Assembly: GCF_009914755.1 (NCBI RefSeq)
Contig: NC_060930.1
Source of the DNA: the human T2T-CHM13v2.0 reference genome, Homo sapiens
Strand: one strand, 5' to 3'
Length of the DNA: 64,000 nucleotides
Shown: one piece after another, positions 11,601-26,498 of the stretch
Layout of the letters: each line of letters begins with the position of its first letter
How positions within the stretch are numbered: position 1 is the stretch's first letter
Made by a program: the position numbers and the translations under genes
Notes under the pieces: model-generated
Seen by the model: the letters and a program-made list of their open reading frames with translations, nothing else
Told to the model about the DNA's origin: nothing
The model's database searches: none

Positions 11601-14600
11601 TTTGAAGTCTCTGCTAGAAAAGGAAACATCTTCATGTAAAAAGTAGATAGAATCGTTCTCAGAAAGTGCTTAGTGACGTGTGCGTTCAACTCACAGAGTT
11701 TAACGTTTCTTTTGATAGAGCGTTTCTGAAACACCCTTCTTGTAGTAGCTGCAAGTGGATATTTGGACCTATTGGAGGCCTTCTTTGGAAACGGGATTTC
11801 TTCATGTAACTCTAGATTGAAGAATTCTCAGAAACTCCTTTGTGATGTGTGCATTCAATTCAAAGAGTGAAACCTCCCTTTTCACAGAGCAGTTTTGAAA
11901 CACTGTTTTTGTAGGATTTCCAAGGGGATATTTATAGCGCATTGAGCCTACGGCGGAAAAAGAAACATCTTCCTATAAAAACTAGACAGAATACTTCTCA
12001 GAATCTGCTTTGCGATGTGTGCGTTCAACTCACAGAGTAAAACTTTTCTTTTGATAGAGCAGTTTTGAAACACTCTTTTTGTAGTATTTGCATGTGTATA
12101 TTTAGAGCGCATTGAAGCCCACAGTAGAAAAGGAAATAACTTCACCTAAAACCTAGACAGAAGCAATCTCAGAAACTACTTTGTGATGTGTACATTCAAC
12201 TCACAGAGTGGAACTTTCCTCTTTATAGAGCAGTGTTGAAACACTCTTTTTGTAGAAACTGCAAGTGGATATTTGGACCTCTTTGAGGCCTTCGTTGGAA
12301 ACGGGATTTCTTCCTATAACCCTAGACAGAAGAATTTTCAGAAACCTCATTGTGATGTGTGCGTTCATCTCACAGAGTGGAGTCTTCCGTTTGATAGAGA
12401 AGTTTTGAAACCCTGTTCTTGTAGGATTTCCAAGTGGATATTTAGACCACTTTGAAGCCTATGATAGAAAAGGAAACATCTTCATGGAAAACATAGATAG
12501 AATCATCCTCAGAAACAACTTTGTGATGTGTGCGTTGAACTCACCGTCTTTAACCTTTCTTTTGGTAGAGAAGTTTTGAAACACTCTCTTTGTAAAGTCT
12601 ACAAGTGGATATTTTGAGCCCTTGGAGGCATTCTTTGGAAAAGGGAATGTCTTCACATAAAAGGCAGACGGAAGTGTTCTCAGAAACTGCTTTGTGATGT
12701 CTGTGTTCAACTCACAGAGTTTAACATTTCCTTTGATAGAGCGGTTTAGTAACCCTCTCTTTGTAGAATTTGGAAGTGTATACTAAGAGCGCTTTGAGGC
12801 CTATGGTAGAAAAGGAAATATCTTTCCATAAAAGCTAGACAGAAGCAATCTCAGAAACTCCTCTGTGATGTCTGCATTCAACTCACCGAGTGGAACATTC
12901 CTCTTGAGAGAGCAGTTTGGAAACACTCTTTCTGTAGAATCAGCTTGTTTGTATTTGGACCTCCTTGAGGCCTTCGTTGGAAACGGGTTTTCATCTTATA
13001 AACCCAGACAGAAGAATTCTCAGAGTCTTCTTTGTGATGTGTGCTTTCAACTCACCGAGATAAAGATTTCTCTTGATAGAGCAATTTGGAAACACTCTTT
13101 TTGTAGAATTTGCAAGGGTACATTGAGAGCGCTTTCAGGCCTATGGTAGAAAAGGAAATATCTTTCCATAAAAGGTAGACAGAAGCAATCTCAGAAACTA
13201 CTTTGTGATGTGTGCATTCAACTCACCGAGTGCAACGTTCCTCTTGACCGAGCAGTTTGGAAACATTGTTTCTGTAGAATCTGCAAGTGGATATTTGGAC
13301 CTCTTTGAGGCCTTCGTTGGAAACGGGATTTCTTCCTATAAACCCAGACAGAAGAATTCTCAGAGACTTCTTTGTGATGTGTGAATTCAACTCACAGTGT
13401 GGATCCTTCCTTTTGATAGAGCAGTTTTGAAACCCTGTTTTTGTAGTATTTCCAAGCGGATATTTGGAACGCCTTGAAGCGTATGGTAGAAAAGGAAATA
13501 TCTTCCCATAAAACCTAGACAGAACCAATCTCAGAAACGACTTTGTGATGTCTGCATTCAAGTCACAGAGTTGAACATTTCTCTTGATAGAGCAGTTTTG
13601 AAACCCTCTTTCTGAAGGATCTGCAAGTGGATATTTGGAACTCCTTTGGGTCTTCGTTGGAAACGGGATTTCTTCGTATAAATCTAGACAGAAGAATTCT
13701 CCGAAACTTCTTTGGTTGTGTGCATTCAAGTCACAGAGTGGAACCTTCCTTTGGATAGAGCAGTTTGGAACGCCGTGGTTGTAGTATTTCCAAGCGGATA
13801 TTAGAGCGCCTTGAGGCCTATGGTAGAAAAGGAAATATCTTCCCATAAAACCTAGACGGAAGCAATCTCAGAAACTACTGTGTGATGGCTGCATTCCACA
13901 CACACGGTGGAACATTTCTCTTGATAGAGCAGTTTTGAAACACTCTTTCTGTAGAATCTGCAAGTGGATAATTGGACCGCCTTGAGGCCTTCGTTGGAAA
14001 CGGGATTTCTTCATGTTACTCTAGATAGAAGAATTCTCAAACACTGCTATGTGATGTTTGCATTCAAGTCACAGAGTGCAACATTCCTCTTGGTAGAGCA
14101 GTTGGGAAACACTCCTTTTGTAGAATCTGCAATGGGATATTTGGACTTCTTTGAGGCCTTCGTTGGAAACGGGATTTCTTCGTATGAATCTAGACAGAAG
14201 AATTCTCAGAAACTTCCTTGTGATGTGTGCATTCAACTCAGCGAGTGGCACCTTCCTTTGGATACAGCAGTTTTGAAACACTGTTTTTGTAGTATTTCCA
14301 AGCGGATATTTAGAGCGCCTTGAAGCCTATGCTAGAAATGGAAATATCTCCCCATAAAACCAAGACAGAAGCAATCTCAGAAACTAATGTGTGATGGCTG
14401 CATTCCACACACACGGTGGACCATTTCTCTTGATAGAGCAGTTTTGAAACACTCTTTCTGTAGAATCTGCAAGTGGATAATTGGACCTCCTAGAGGCCTT
14501 CGTTGGAAACGGGATTTCTTCATCTAAACCTACAGAGAAGAATTCTCAGTAACTTCTTCGGATGTGTGCATTCGACGCACAGAATGGAACATTCCCTTTG

Positions 14601-17600
14601 ATAGAGCAGTTTTGAGACACCGTTTTTGTAGAATTCCCAAGTGGATATTTAGAGCACTTTGAAGTCTCTGCTAGAAAAGGAAACATCTTCATGTAAAAAG
14701 TAGATAGAATCGTTCTCAGAAAGTGCTTAGTGACGTGTGCGTTCAACTCACAGAGTTTAACGTTTCTTTTGATAGAGCGTTTCTGAAACACCCTTCTTGT
14801 AGTAGCTGCAAGTGGATATTTGGACCTATTGGAGGCCTTCTTTGGAAACGGGATTTCTTCATGTAACTCTAGATTGAAGAGTTCTCAGAAACTCCTTTGT
14901 GATGTGTGCATTCAATTCAAAGAGTGAAACCTCCCTTTTCACAGAGCAGTTTTGAAACACTGTTTTTGTAGGATTTCCAAGGGGATATTTATAGCGCATT
15001 GAGCCTATGGCGGAAAAAGAAACATCTTCCTATAAAAACTAGACAGAATACTTCTCAGAATCTGCTTTGCGATGTGTGCGTTCAAATCACAGCGTAAAAC
15101 TTTTCTTTTGATAGAGCAGTTTTGAAACACTCTTTTTGTAGTATTTGCATGTGTATATTTAGAGCGCATTGAAGCCCACAGTAGAAAAGGAAATAACTTC
15201 ACCTAAAACCTAGACAGAAGCAATCTCAGAAACTACTTTGTGATGTGTACATTCAACTCACAGAGTGGAACTTTCCTCTTTATAGAGCAGTGTTGAAACA
15301 CTCTTTTTGTAGAAACTGCAAGTGGATATTTGGACCTCTTTGAGGCCTTCGTTGGAAACGGGATTTCTTCCTATAACCCTAGACAGAAGAATTTTCAGAA
15401 TCCTCATTGTGATGTGTGCGTTCATCTCACAGAGTGGAGTCTTCCGTTTGATAGAGAAGTTTTGAAACCCTGTTCTTGTAGGATTTCCAAGTGGATATTT
15501 AGACCACTTTGAAGCCTATGATAGAAAAGGAAACATCTTCATGGAAAACATAGATAGAATCATCCTCAGAAACAACTTTGTGATGTGTGCGTTGAACTCA
15601 CCGTCTTTAACCTTTCTTTTGGTAGAGAAGTTTTGAAACACTCTCTTTGTAAAGTCTACAAGTGGATATTTTGAGCCCTTGGAGGCATTCTTTGGAAAAG
15701 GGAATGTCTTCACATAAAAGGCAGACGGAAGTGTTCTCAGAAACTGCTTTGTGATGTCTGTGTTCAACTCACAGAGTTTAACATTTCCTTTGATAGAGCG
15801 GTTTAGTAACCCTCTCTTTGTAGAATTTGGAAGTGTATACTAAGAGCGCTTTGAGGCCTATGGTAGAAAAGGAAATATCTTTCCATAAAAGCTAGACAGA
15901 AGCAATCTCAGAAACTCCTCTGTGATGTCTGCATTCAACTCACCGAGTGGAACATTCCTCTTGAGAGAGCAGTTTGGAAACACTCTTTCTGTAGAATCAG
16001 CTTGTTTGTATTTGGACCTCCTTGAGGCCTTCGTTGGAAACGGGTTTTCATCTTATAAACCCAGACAGAAGAATTCTCAGAGTCTTCTTTGTGATGTGTG
16101 CTTTCAACTCACCGAGATAAAGATTTCTCTTGATAGAGCAATTTGGAAACACTCTTTTTGTAGAATTTGCAAGGGTACATTGAGAGCGCTTTCAGGCCTA
16201 TGGTAGAAAAGGGAATATCTTTCCATAAAAGGTAGACAGAAGCAATCTCAGAAACTACTTTGTGATGTGTGCATTCAACTCACCGAGTGCAACGTTCCTC
16301 TTGACCGAGCAGTTTGGAAACATTGTTTCTGTAGAATCTGCAAGTGGATATTTGGACCTCTTTGAGGCCTTCGTTGGAAACGGGATTTCTTCCTATAAAC
16401 CCAGACAGAAGAATTCTCAGAGACTTCTTTGTGATGTGTGAATTCAACTCACAGTGTGGATCCTTCCTTTTGATAGAGCAGTTTTGAAACCCTGTTTTTG
16501 TAGTATTTCCAAGCGGATATTTGGAACGCCTTGAAGCGTATGGTAGAAAAGGAAATATCTTCCCATAAAACCTAGACAGAACCAATCTCAGAAACGACTT
16601 TGTGATGTCTGCATTCAAGTCACAGAGTTGAACATTTCTCTTGATAGAGCAGTTTTGAAACCCTCTTTCTGAAGGATCTGCAAGTGGATATTTGGAACTC
16701 CTTTGGGTCTTCGTTGGAAACGGGATTTCTTCGTATAAATCTAGACAGAAGAATTCTCCGAAACTTCTTTGGTTGTGTGCATTCAAGTCACAGAGTGGAA
16801 CCTTCCTTTGGATAGAGCAGTTTGGAACGCCGTGGTTGTAGTATTTCCAAGCGGATATTAGAGCGCCTTGAGGCCTATGGTAGAAAAGGAAATATCTTCC
16901 CATAAAACCTAGACGGAAGCAATCTCAGAAACTACTGTGTGATGGCTGCATTCCACACACACGGTGGAACATTTCTCTTGATAGAGCAGTTTTGAAACAC
17001 TCTTTCTGTAGAATCTGCAAGTGGATAATTGGACCGCCTTGAGGCCTTCGTTGGAAACGGGATTTCTTCATGTTACTCTAGATAGAAGAATTCTCAAACA
17101 CTGCTATGTGATGTTTGCATTCAAGTCACAGAGTGCAACATTCCTCTTGGTAGAGCAGTTGGGAAACACTCCTTTTGTAGAATCTGCAACGGGATATTTG
17201 GACTTCTTTGAGGCCTTCGTTGGAAACGGGATTTCTTCGTATGAATCTAGACAGAAGAATTCTCAGAAACTTCCTTGTGATGTGTGCATTCAACTCAGCG
17301 AGTGGCACCTTCCTTTGGATACAGCAGTTTTGAAACACTGTTTTTGTAGTATTTCCAAGCGGATATTTAGAGCGCCTTGAAGCCTATGCTAGAAATGGAA
17401 ATATCTCCCCATAAAACCAAGACAGAAGCAATCTCAGAAACTAATGTGTGATGGCTGCATTCCACACACACGGTGGACCATTTCTCTTGATAGAGCAGTT
17501 TTGAAACACTCTTTCTGTAGAATCTGCAAGTGGATAATTGGACCTCCTAGAGGCCTTCGTTGGAAACGGGATTTCTTCATCTAAACCTACAGAGAAGAAT

Positions 17601-20600
17601 TCTCAGTAACTTCTTCGGATGTGTGCATTCGACGCACAGAATGGAACATTCCCTTTGATAGAGCAGTTTTGAGACACCGTTTTTGTAGAATTCCCAAGTG
17701 GATATTTAGAGCACTTTGAAGTCTCTGCTAGAAAAGGAAACATCTTCATGTAAAAAGTAGATAGAATCGTTCTCAGAAAGTGCTTAGTGACGTGTGCGTT
17801 CAACTCACAGAGTTTAACGTTTCTTTTGATAGAGCGTTTCTGAAACACCCTTCTTGTAGTAGCTGCAAGTGGATATTTGGACCTATTGGAGGCCTTCTTT
17901 GGAAACGGGATTTCTTCATGTAACTCTAGATTGAAGAGTTCTCAGAAACTCCTTTGTGATGTGTGCATTCAATTCAAAGAGTGAAACCTCCCTTTTCACA
18001 GAGCAGTTTTGAAACACTGTTTTTGTAGGATTTCCAAGGGGATATTTATAGCGCATTGAGCCTACGGCGGAAAAAGAAATATCTTCCTATAAAAACTAGA
18101 GAGAATACTTCTCAGAATCTGCTTTGCGATGTGTGCGTTCAACTCACAGAGTAAAACTTTTCTTTTGATAGAGCAGTTTTGAAACACTCTTTTTGTAGTA
18201 TTTGCATGTGTATATTTAGAGCGCATTGAAGCCCACAGTAGAAAAGGAAATAACTTCACCTAAAACCTAGACAGAAGCAATCTCAGAAACTACTTTGTGA
18301 TGTGTACATTCAACTCACAGAGTGGAACTTTCCTCTTTATAGAGCAGTGTTGAAACACTCTTTTTGTAGAAACTGCAAGTGGATATTTGGACCTCTTTGA
18401 GGCCTTCGTTGGAAACGGGATTTCTTCCTATAACCCTAGACAGAAGAATTTTCAGAAACCTCATTGTGATGTGTGCGTTCATCTCACAGAGTGGAGTCTT
18501 CCGTTTGATAGAGAAGTTTTGAAACCCTGTTCTTGTAGGATTTCCAAGTGGATATTTAGACCACTTTGAAGCCTATGATAGAAAAGGAAACATCTTCATG
18601 GAAAACATAGATAGAATCATTCTCAGAAACAACTTTGTGATGTGTGCGTTGAACTCACCGTCTTTAACCTTTCTTTTGGTAGAGAAGTTTTGAAACACTC
18701 TCTTTGTAAAGTCTACAAGTGGATATTTTGAGCCCTTGGAGGCATTCTTTGGAAAAGGGAATGTCTTCACATAAAAGGCAGACGGAAGTGTTCTCAGAAA
18801 CTGCTTTGTGATGTCTGTGTTCAACTCACAGAGTTTAACATTTCCTTTGATAGAGCGGTTTAGTAACCCTCTCTTTGTAGAATTTGGAAGTGTATACTAA
18901 GAGCGCTTTGAGGCCTATGGTAGAAAAGGAAATGTCTTTCCATAAAAGCTAGACAGAAGCAATCTCGGAAACTCCTTTGTGATGTCTGCATTCAACTCAC
19001 CGAGTGGAACATTCCTCTTGATAGAGCAGTTTGGAAACACTCTTTCTGTAGAATCAGCTTGTTTGTATTTGGACCTCCTTGAGGCCTTCATTGGAAACGG
19101 GTTTTCATCTTATAAACCCAGACAGAAGAATTCTCAGAGTCTTCTTTGTGATGTGTGCTTTCAACTCACCGAGATAAAGATTTCTCTTGATAGAGCAATT
19201 TGGAAACACTCTTTTTGTAGAATTTGCAAGGGTACATTGAGAGCGCTTTCAGGCCTATGGTAGAAAAGGGAATATCTTTCCATAAAAGGTAGACAGAAGC
19301 AATCTCAGAAACTACTTTGTGATGTGTGCATTCAACTCACCGAGTGCAACGTTCCTCTTGACCGAGCAGTTTGGAAACATTGTTTCTGTAGAATCTGCAA
19401 GTGGATATTTGGACCTCTTTGAGGCCTTCGTTGGAAACGGGATTTCTTCCTATAAACCCAGACAGAAGAATTCTCAGAGACTTCTTTGTGATGTGTGAAT
19501 TCAACTCACAGTGTGGATCCTTCCTTTTGATAGAGCAGTTTTGAAACCCTGTTTTTGTAGTATTTCCAAGCGGATATTTGGAACGCCTTGAAGCGTATGG
19601 TAGAAAAGGAAATATCTTCCCATAAAACCTAGACAGAACCAATCTCAGAAACGACTTTGTGATGTCTGCATTCAAGTCACAGAGTTGAACATTTCTCTTG
19701 ATAGAGCAGTTTTGAAACCCTCTTTCTGAAGGATCTGCAAGTGGATATTTGGAACTCCTTTGGGTCTTCGTTGGAAACGGGATTTCTTCGTATAAATCTA
19801 GACAGAAGAATTCTCCGAAACTTCTTTGGTTGTGTGCATTCAAGTCACAGAGTGGAACCTTCCTTTGGATAGAGCAGTTTGAAACGCCGTGGTTGTAGTA
19901 TTTCCAAGCGGATATTAGAGCGCCTTGAGGCCTATGGTAGAAAAGGAAATATCTTCCCATAAAACCTAGACGGAAGCAATCTCAGAAACTACTGTGTGAT
20001 GGCTGCATTCCACACACACGGTGGAACATTTCTCTTGATAGAGCAGTTTTGAAACACTCTTTCTGTAGAATCTGCAAGTGGATAATTGGACCGCCTTGAG
20101 GCCTTCGTTGGAAACGGGATTTCTTCATGTTACTCTAGATAGAAGAATTCTCAAACACTGCTATGTGATGTTTGCATTCAAGTCACAGAGTGCAACATTC
20201 CTCTTGGTAGAGCAGTTGGGAAACACTCCTTTTGTAGAATCTGCAATGGGATATTTGGACTTCTTTGAGGCCTTCGTTGGAAACGGGATTTCTTCGTATG
20301 AATCTAGACAGAAGAATTCTCAGAAACTTCCTTGTGATGTGTGCATTCAACTCAGCGAGTGGCACCTTCCTTTGGATACAGCAGTTTTGAAACACTGTTT
20401 TTGTAGTATTTCCAAGCGGATATTTAGAGCGCCTTGAAGCCTATGCTAGAAATGGAAATATCTCCCCATAAAACCAAGACAGAAGCAATCTCAGAAACTA
20501 ATGTGTGATGGCTGCATTCCACACACACGGTGGACCATTTCTCTTGATAGAGCAGTTTTGAAACACTCTTTCTGTAGAATCTGCAAGTGGATAATTGGAC

Positions 20601-21396
20601 CTCCTAGAGGCCTTCGTTGGAAACGGGATTTCTTCATCTAAACCTACAGAGAAGAATTCTCAGTAACTTCTTCGGATGTGTGCATTCGACGCACAGAATG
20701 GAACATTCCCTTTGATAGAGCAGTTTTGAGACACCGTTTTTGTAGAATTCCCAAGTGGATATTTAGAGCACTTTGAAGTCTCTGCTAGAAAAGGAAACAT
20801 CTTCATGTAAAAAGTAGATAGAATCGTTCTCAGAAAGTGCTTAGTGACGTGTGCGTTCAACTCACAGAGTTTAACGTTTCTTTTGATAGAGCGTTTCTGA
20901 AACACCCTTCTTGTAGTAGCTGCAAGTGGATATTTGGACCTATTGGAGGCCTTCTTTGGAAACGGGATTTCTTCATGTAACTCTAGATTGAAGAGTTCTC
21001 AGAAACTCCTTTGTGATGTGTGCATTCAATTCAAAGAGTGAAACCTCCCTTTTCACAGAGCAGTTTTGAAACACTGTTTTTGTAGGATTTCCAAGGGGAT
21101 ATTTATACCGCATTGAGCCTACGGCGGAAAAAGAAACATCTTCCTATAAAAACTAGACAGAATACTTCTCAGAATCTGCTTTGCGATGTGTGCGTTCAAC
21201 TCACAGAGTAAAACTTTTCTTTTGATAGAGCAGTTTTGAAACACTCTTTTTGTAGTATTTGCATGTGTATATTTAGAGCGCATTGAAGCCCACAGTAGAA
21301 AAGGAAATAACTTCACCTAAAACCTAGACAGAAGCAATCTCAGAAACTACTTTGTGATGTGTACATTCAACTCACAGAGTGGAACTTTCCTCTTTA

Positions 21397-23947
21397 TAGA
21401 GCAGTGTTGAAACACTCTTTTTGTAGAAACTGCAAGTGGATATTTGGACCTCTTTGAGGCCTTCGTTGGAAACGGGATTTCTTCCTATAACCCTAGACAG
21501 AAGAATTTTCAGAAACCTCATTGTGATGTGTGCGTTCATCTCACAGAGTGGAGTCTTCCGTTTGATAGAGAAGTTTTGAAACCCTGTTCTTGTAGGATTT
21601 CCAAGTGGATATTTAGACCACTTTGAAGCCTATGATAGAAAAGGAAACATCTTCATGGAAAACATAGATAGAATCATCCTCAGAAACAACTTTGTGATGT
21701 GTGCGTTGAACTCACCGTCTTTAACCTTTCTTTTGGTAGAGAAGTTTTGAAACACTCTCTTTGTAAAGTCTACAAGTGGATATTTTGAGCCCTTGGAGGC
21801 ATTCTTTGGAAAAGGGAATGTCTTCACATAAAAGGCAGACGGAAGTGTTCTCAGAAACTGCTTTGTGATGTCTGTGTTCAACTCACAGAGTTTAACATTT
21901 CCTTTGATAGAGCGGTTTAGTAACCCTCTCTTTGTAGAATTTGGAAGTGTATACTAAGAGCGCTTTGAGGCCTATGGTAGAAAAGGAAATATCTTTCCAT
22001 AAAAGCTAGACAGAAGCAATCTCAGAAACTCCTCTGTGATGTCTGCATTCAACTCACCGAGTGGAACATTCCTCTTGAGAGAGCAGTTTGGAAACACTCT
22101 TTCTGTAGAATCAGCTTGTTTGTATTTGGACCTCCTTGAGGCCTTCGTTGGAAACGGGTTTTCATCTTATAAACCCAGACAGAAGAATTCTCAGAGTCTT
22201 CTTTGTGATGTGTGCTTTCAACTCACCGAGATAAAGATTTCTCTTGATAGAGCAATTTGGAAACACTCTTTTTGTAGAATTTGCAAGGGTACATTGAGAG
22301 CGCTTTCAGGCCTATGGTAGAAAAGGGAATATCTTTCCATAAAAGGTAGACAGAAGCAATCTCAGAAACTACTTTGTGATGTGTGCATTCAACTCACCGA
22401 GTGCAACGTTCCTCTTGACCGAGCAGTTTGGAAACATTGTTTCTGTAGAATCTGCAAGTGGATATTTGGACCTCTTTGAGGCCTTCGTTGGAAACGGGAT
22501 TTCTTCCTATAAACCCAGACAGAAGAATTCTCAGAGACTTCTTTGTGATGTGTGAATTCAACTCACAGTGTGGATCCTTCCTTTTGATAGAGCAGTTTTG
22601 AAACCCTGTTTTTGTAGTATTTCCAAGCGGATATTTGGAACGCCTTGAAGCGTATGGTAGAAAAGGAAATATCTTCCCATAAAACCTAGACAGAACCAAT
22701 CTCAGAAACGACTTTGTGATGTCTGCATTCAAGTCACAGAGTTGAACATTTCTCTTGATAGAGCAGTTTTGAAACCCTCTTTCTGAAGGATCTGCAAGTG
22801 GATATTTGGAACTCCTTTGGGTCTTCGTTGGAAACCGGATTTCTTCGTATAAATCTAGACAGAAGAATTCTCAGAAACTTCCTTGTGATGTGTGCATTCA
22901 ACTCAGGGAGTGGCACCTTCCTTTGGATACAGTAGTTTTGAAACACTGTTTTTGTAGTATTTCCAAGCGGATATTTAGAGCGCCTTGAAGCCTATGCTAG
23001 AAATGGAAATATCTCCCCATAAAACCAAGACAGAAGCAATCTCAGAAACTACTGTGTGATGGCTGCATTCCACACACACGGTGGACCATTTCTCTTGATA
23101 GAGCAGTTTTGAAACACTCTTTCTGTAGAATCTGCAAGTGGATAATTGGACCTCCGAGAGGCCTTCGTTGGAAACGGGATTTCTTCATCTAAACCTACAG
23201 AGAAGTATTCTCAGTAACTTCTTCGGATGTGTGCATTCGACGCACAGAATGGAACATTCCCTTTGATAGAGCAGTTTTGAGACACCGTTTTTGTAGAATT
23301 CCCAAGTGGATATTTAGAGCACTTTGAAGTCTCTGCTAGAAAAGGAAACATCATCATGTAAAAAGTAGATAGAATCGTTCTCAGAAAGTGCTTAGTGTCG
23401 TGTGCGTTCAACTCACAGAGTTTAACGTTTCTTTTGATAGAGCGTTTCTGAAACACCCTTCTTGTAGTAGCTGCAAGTGGATATTTGGACCTATTGGAGG
23501 CCTTCTTTGGAAACGGGATTTCTTCATGTAACTCTAGATTGAAGAATTCTCAGAAACTCCTTTGTGATGTGTGCATTCAATTCAAAGAGTGAAACCTCTC
23601 TTTTCACAGAGCAGTTTTGAAACACTGTTTTTGTAGGATTTCCAAGGGGATATTTATAGCGCATTGAGCCCACGGCGGAAAAAGAAACATCTTCCTATAA
23701 AAACTAGACAGAATACTTCTCAGAATCTGCTTTGCGATGTGTGCGTTCAACTCACAGAGTAAAACTTTTCTTTTGATAGAGCAGTTTTGAAACACTCTTT
23801 TTGTAGTATTTGCATGTGTATATTTAGAGCGCATTGAAGCCCACAGTAGAAAAGGAAATAACTTCACCTAAAACCTAGACAGAAGCAATCTCAGAAACTA
23901 CTTTGTGATGTGTACATTCAACTCACAGAGTGGAACTTTCCTCTTTA
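21397..23947 (+). repeat. 15-mer variant HOR (U8), 2551 bp, 506-bp (3-monomer) deletion
   Basis: Anchor spacing 21444 to 23995 = 2551. Hybrid junction ...cgtatAaatctagacagaagaattctcAgaaacttccttgtg at 22851-22873. Confidence 0.95.
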
Positions 23948-26498
23948 TAGAGCAGTGTTGAAACACTCTTTTTGTAGAAACTGCAAGTGGATATTTGGAC
24001 CTCTTTGAGGCCTTCGTTGGAAACGGGATTTCTTCCTATAACCCTAGACAGAAGAATTTTCAGAAACCTCATTGTGATGTGTGCGTTCATCTCACAGAGT
24101 GGAGTCTTCCGTTTGATAGAGAAGTTTTGAAACCCTGTTCTTGTAGGATTTCCAAGTGGATATTTAGACCACTTTGAAGCCTATGATAGAAAAGGAAACA
24201 TCTTCATGGAAAACATAGATAGAATCATCCTCAGAAACAACTTTGTGATGTGTGCGTTGAACTCACCGTCTTTAACCTTTCTTTTGGTAGAGAAGTTTTG
24301 AAACACTCTCTTTGTAAAGTCTACAAGTGGATATTTTGAGCCCTTGGAGGCATTCTTTGGAAAAGGGAATGTCTTCACATAAAAGGCAGACGGAAGTGTT
24401 CTCAGAAACTGCTTTGTGATGTCTGTGTTCAACTCACAGAGTTTAACATTTCCTTTGATAGAGCGGTTTAGTAACCCTCTCTTTGTAGAATTTGGAAGTG
24501 TATACTAAGAGCGCTTTGAGGCCTATGGTAGAAAAGGAAATATCTTTCCATAAAAGCTAGACAGAAGCAATCTCAGAAACTCCTCTGTGATGTCTGCATT
24601 CAACTCACCGAGTGGAACATTCCTCTTGAGAGAGCAGTTTGGAAACACTCTTTCTGTAGAATCAGCTTGTTTGTATTTGGACCTCCTTGAGGCCTTCGTT
24701 GGAAACGGGTTTTCATCTTATAAACCCAGACAGAAGAATTCTCAGAGTCTTCTTTGTGATGTGTGCTTTCAACTCACCGAGATAAAGATTTCTCTTGATA
24801 GAGCAATTTGGAAACACTCTTTTTGTAGAATTTGCAAGGGTACATTGAGAGCGCTTTCAGGCCTATGGTAGAAAAGGAAATATCTTTCCATAAAAGGTAG
24901 ACAGAAGCAATCTCAGAAACTACTTTGTGATGTGTGCATTCAACTCACCGAGTGCAACGTTCCTCTTGACCGAGCAGTTTGGAAACATTGTTTCTGTAGA
25001 ATCTGCAAGTGGATATTTGGACCTCTTTGAGGCCTTCGTTGGAAACGGGATTTCTTCCTATAAACCCAGACAGAAGAATTCTCAGAGACTTCTTTGTGAT
25101 GTGTGAATTCAACTCACAGTGTGGATCCTTCCTTTTGATAGAGCAGTTTTGAAACCCTGTTTTTGTAGTATTTCCAAGCGGATATTTGGAACGCCTTGAA
25201 GCGTATGGTAGAAAAGGAAATATCTTCCCATAAAACCTAGACAGAACCAATCTCAGAAACGACTTTGTGATGTCTGCATTCAAGTCACAGAGTTGAACAT
25301 TTCTCTTGATAGAGCAGTTTTGAAACCCTCTTTCTGAAGGATCTGCAAGTGGATATTTGGAACTCCTTTGGGTCTTCGTTGGAAACGGGATTTCTTCGTA
25401 TAAATCTAGACAGAAGAATTCTCAGAAACTTCCTTGTGATGTGTGCATTCAACTCAGGGAGTGGCACCTTCCTTTGGATACAGCAGTTTTGAAACACTGT
25501 TTTTGTAGTATTTCCAAGCGGATATTTAGAGCGCCTTGAAGCCTATGCTAGAAATGGAAATATCTCCCCATAAAACCAAGACAGAAGCAATCTCAGAAAC
25601 TAATGTGTGATGGCTGCATTCCACACACACGGTGGACCATTTCTCTTGATAGAGCAGTTTTGAAACACTCTTTCTGTAGAATCTGCAAGTGGATAATTGG
25701 ACCTCCGAGAGGCCTTCGTTGGAAACGGGATTTCTTCATCTAAACCTACAGAGAAGTATTCTCAGTAACTTCTTCGGATGTGTGCATTCGACGCACAGAA
25801 TGGAACATTCCCTTTGATAGAGCAGTTTTGAGACACCGTTTTTGTAGAATTCCCAAGTGGATATTTAGAGCACTTTGAAGTCTCTGCTAGAAAAGGAAAC
25901 ATCATCATGTAAAAAGTAGATAGAATCGTTCTCAGAAAGTGCTTAGTGTCGTGTGCGTTCAACTCACAGAGTTTAACGTTTCTTTTGATAGAGCGTTTCT
26001 GAAACACCCTTCTTGTAGTAGCTGCAAGTGGATATTTGGACCTATTGGAGGCCTTCTTTGGAAACGGGATTTCTTCATGTAACTCTAGATTGAAGAATTC
26101 TCAGAAACTCCTTTGTGATGTGTGCATTCAATTCAAAGAGTGAAACCTCTCTTTTCACAGAGCAGTTTTGAAACACTGTTTTTGTAGGATTTCCAAGGGG
26201 ATATTTATAGCGCATTGAGCCTACGGCGGAAAAAGAAACATCTTCCTATAAAAACTAGACAGAATACTTCTCAGAATCTGCTTTGCGATGTGTGCGTTCA
26301 ACTCACAGAGTAAAACTTTTCTTTTGATAGAGCAGTTTTGAAACACTCTTTTTGTAGTATTTGCATGTGTATATTTAGAGCGCATTGAAGCCCACAGTAG
26401 AAAAGGAAATAACTTCACCTAAAACCTAGACAGAAGCAATCTCAGAAACTACTTTGTGATGTGTACATTCAACTCACAGAGTGGAACTTTCCTCTTTA
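23948..26498 (+). repeat. 15-mer variant HOR (U9), 2551 bp
   Basis: Anchor spacing 23995 to 26546 = 2551. Same junction at 25402-25424. Confidence 0.95.

Larger units (their letters stand above)
1..21396 (+). repeat. Seven tandem 18-mer HORs (U1-U7); U3 is 3054 bp
   Basis: ORF-anchor spacing 3057, 3057, 3054, 3057, 3057, 3057, 3057. Confidence 0.95.
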
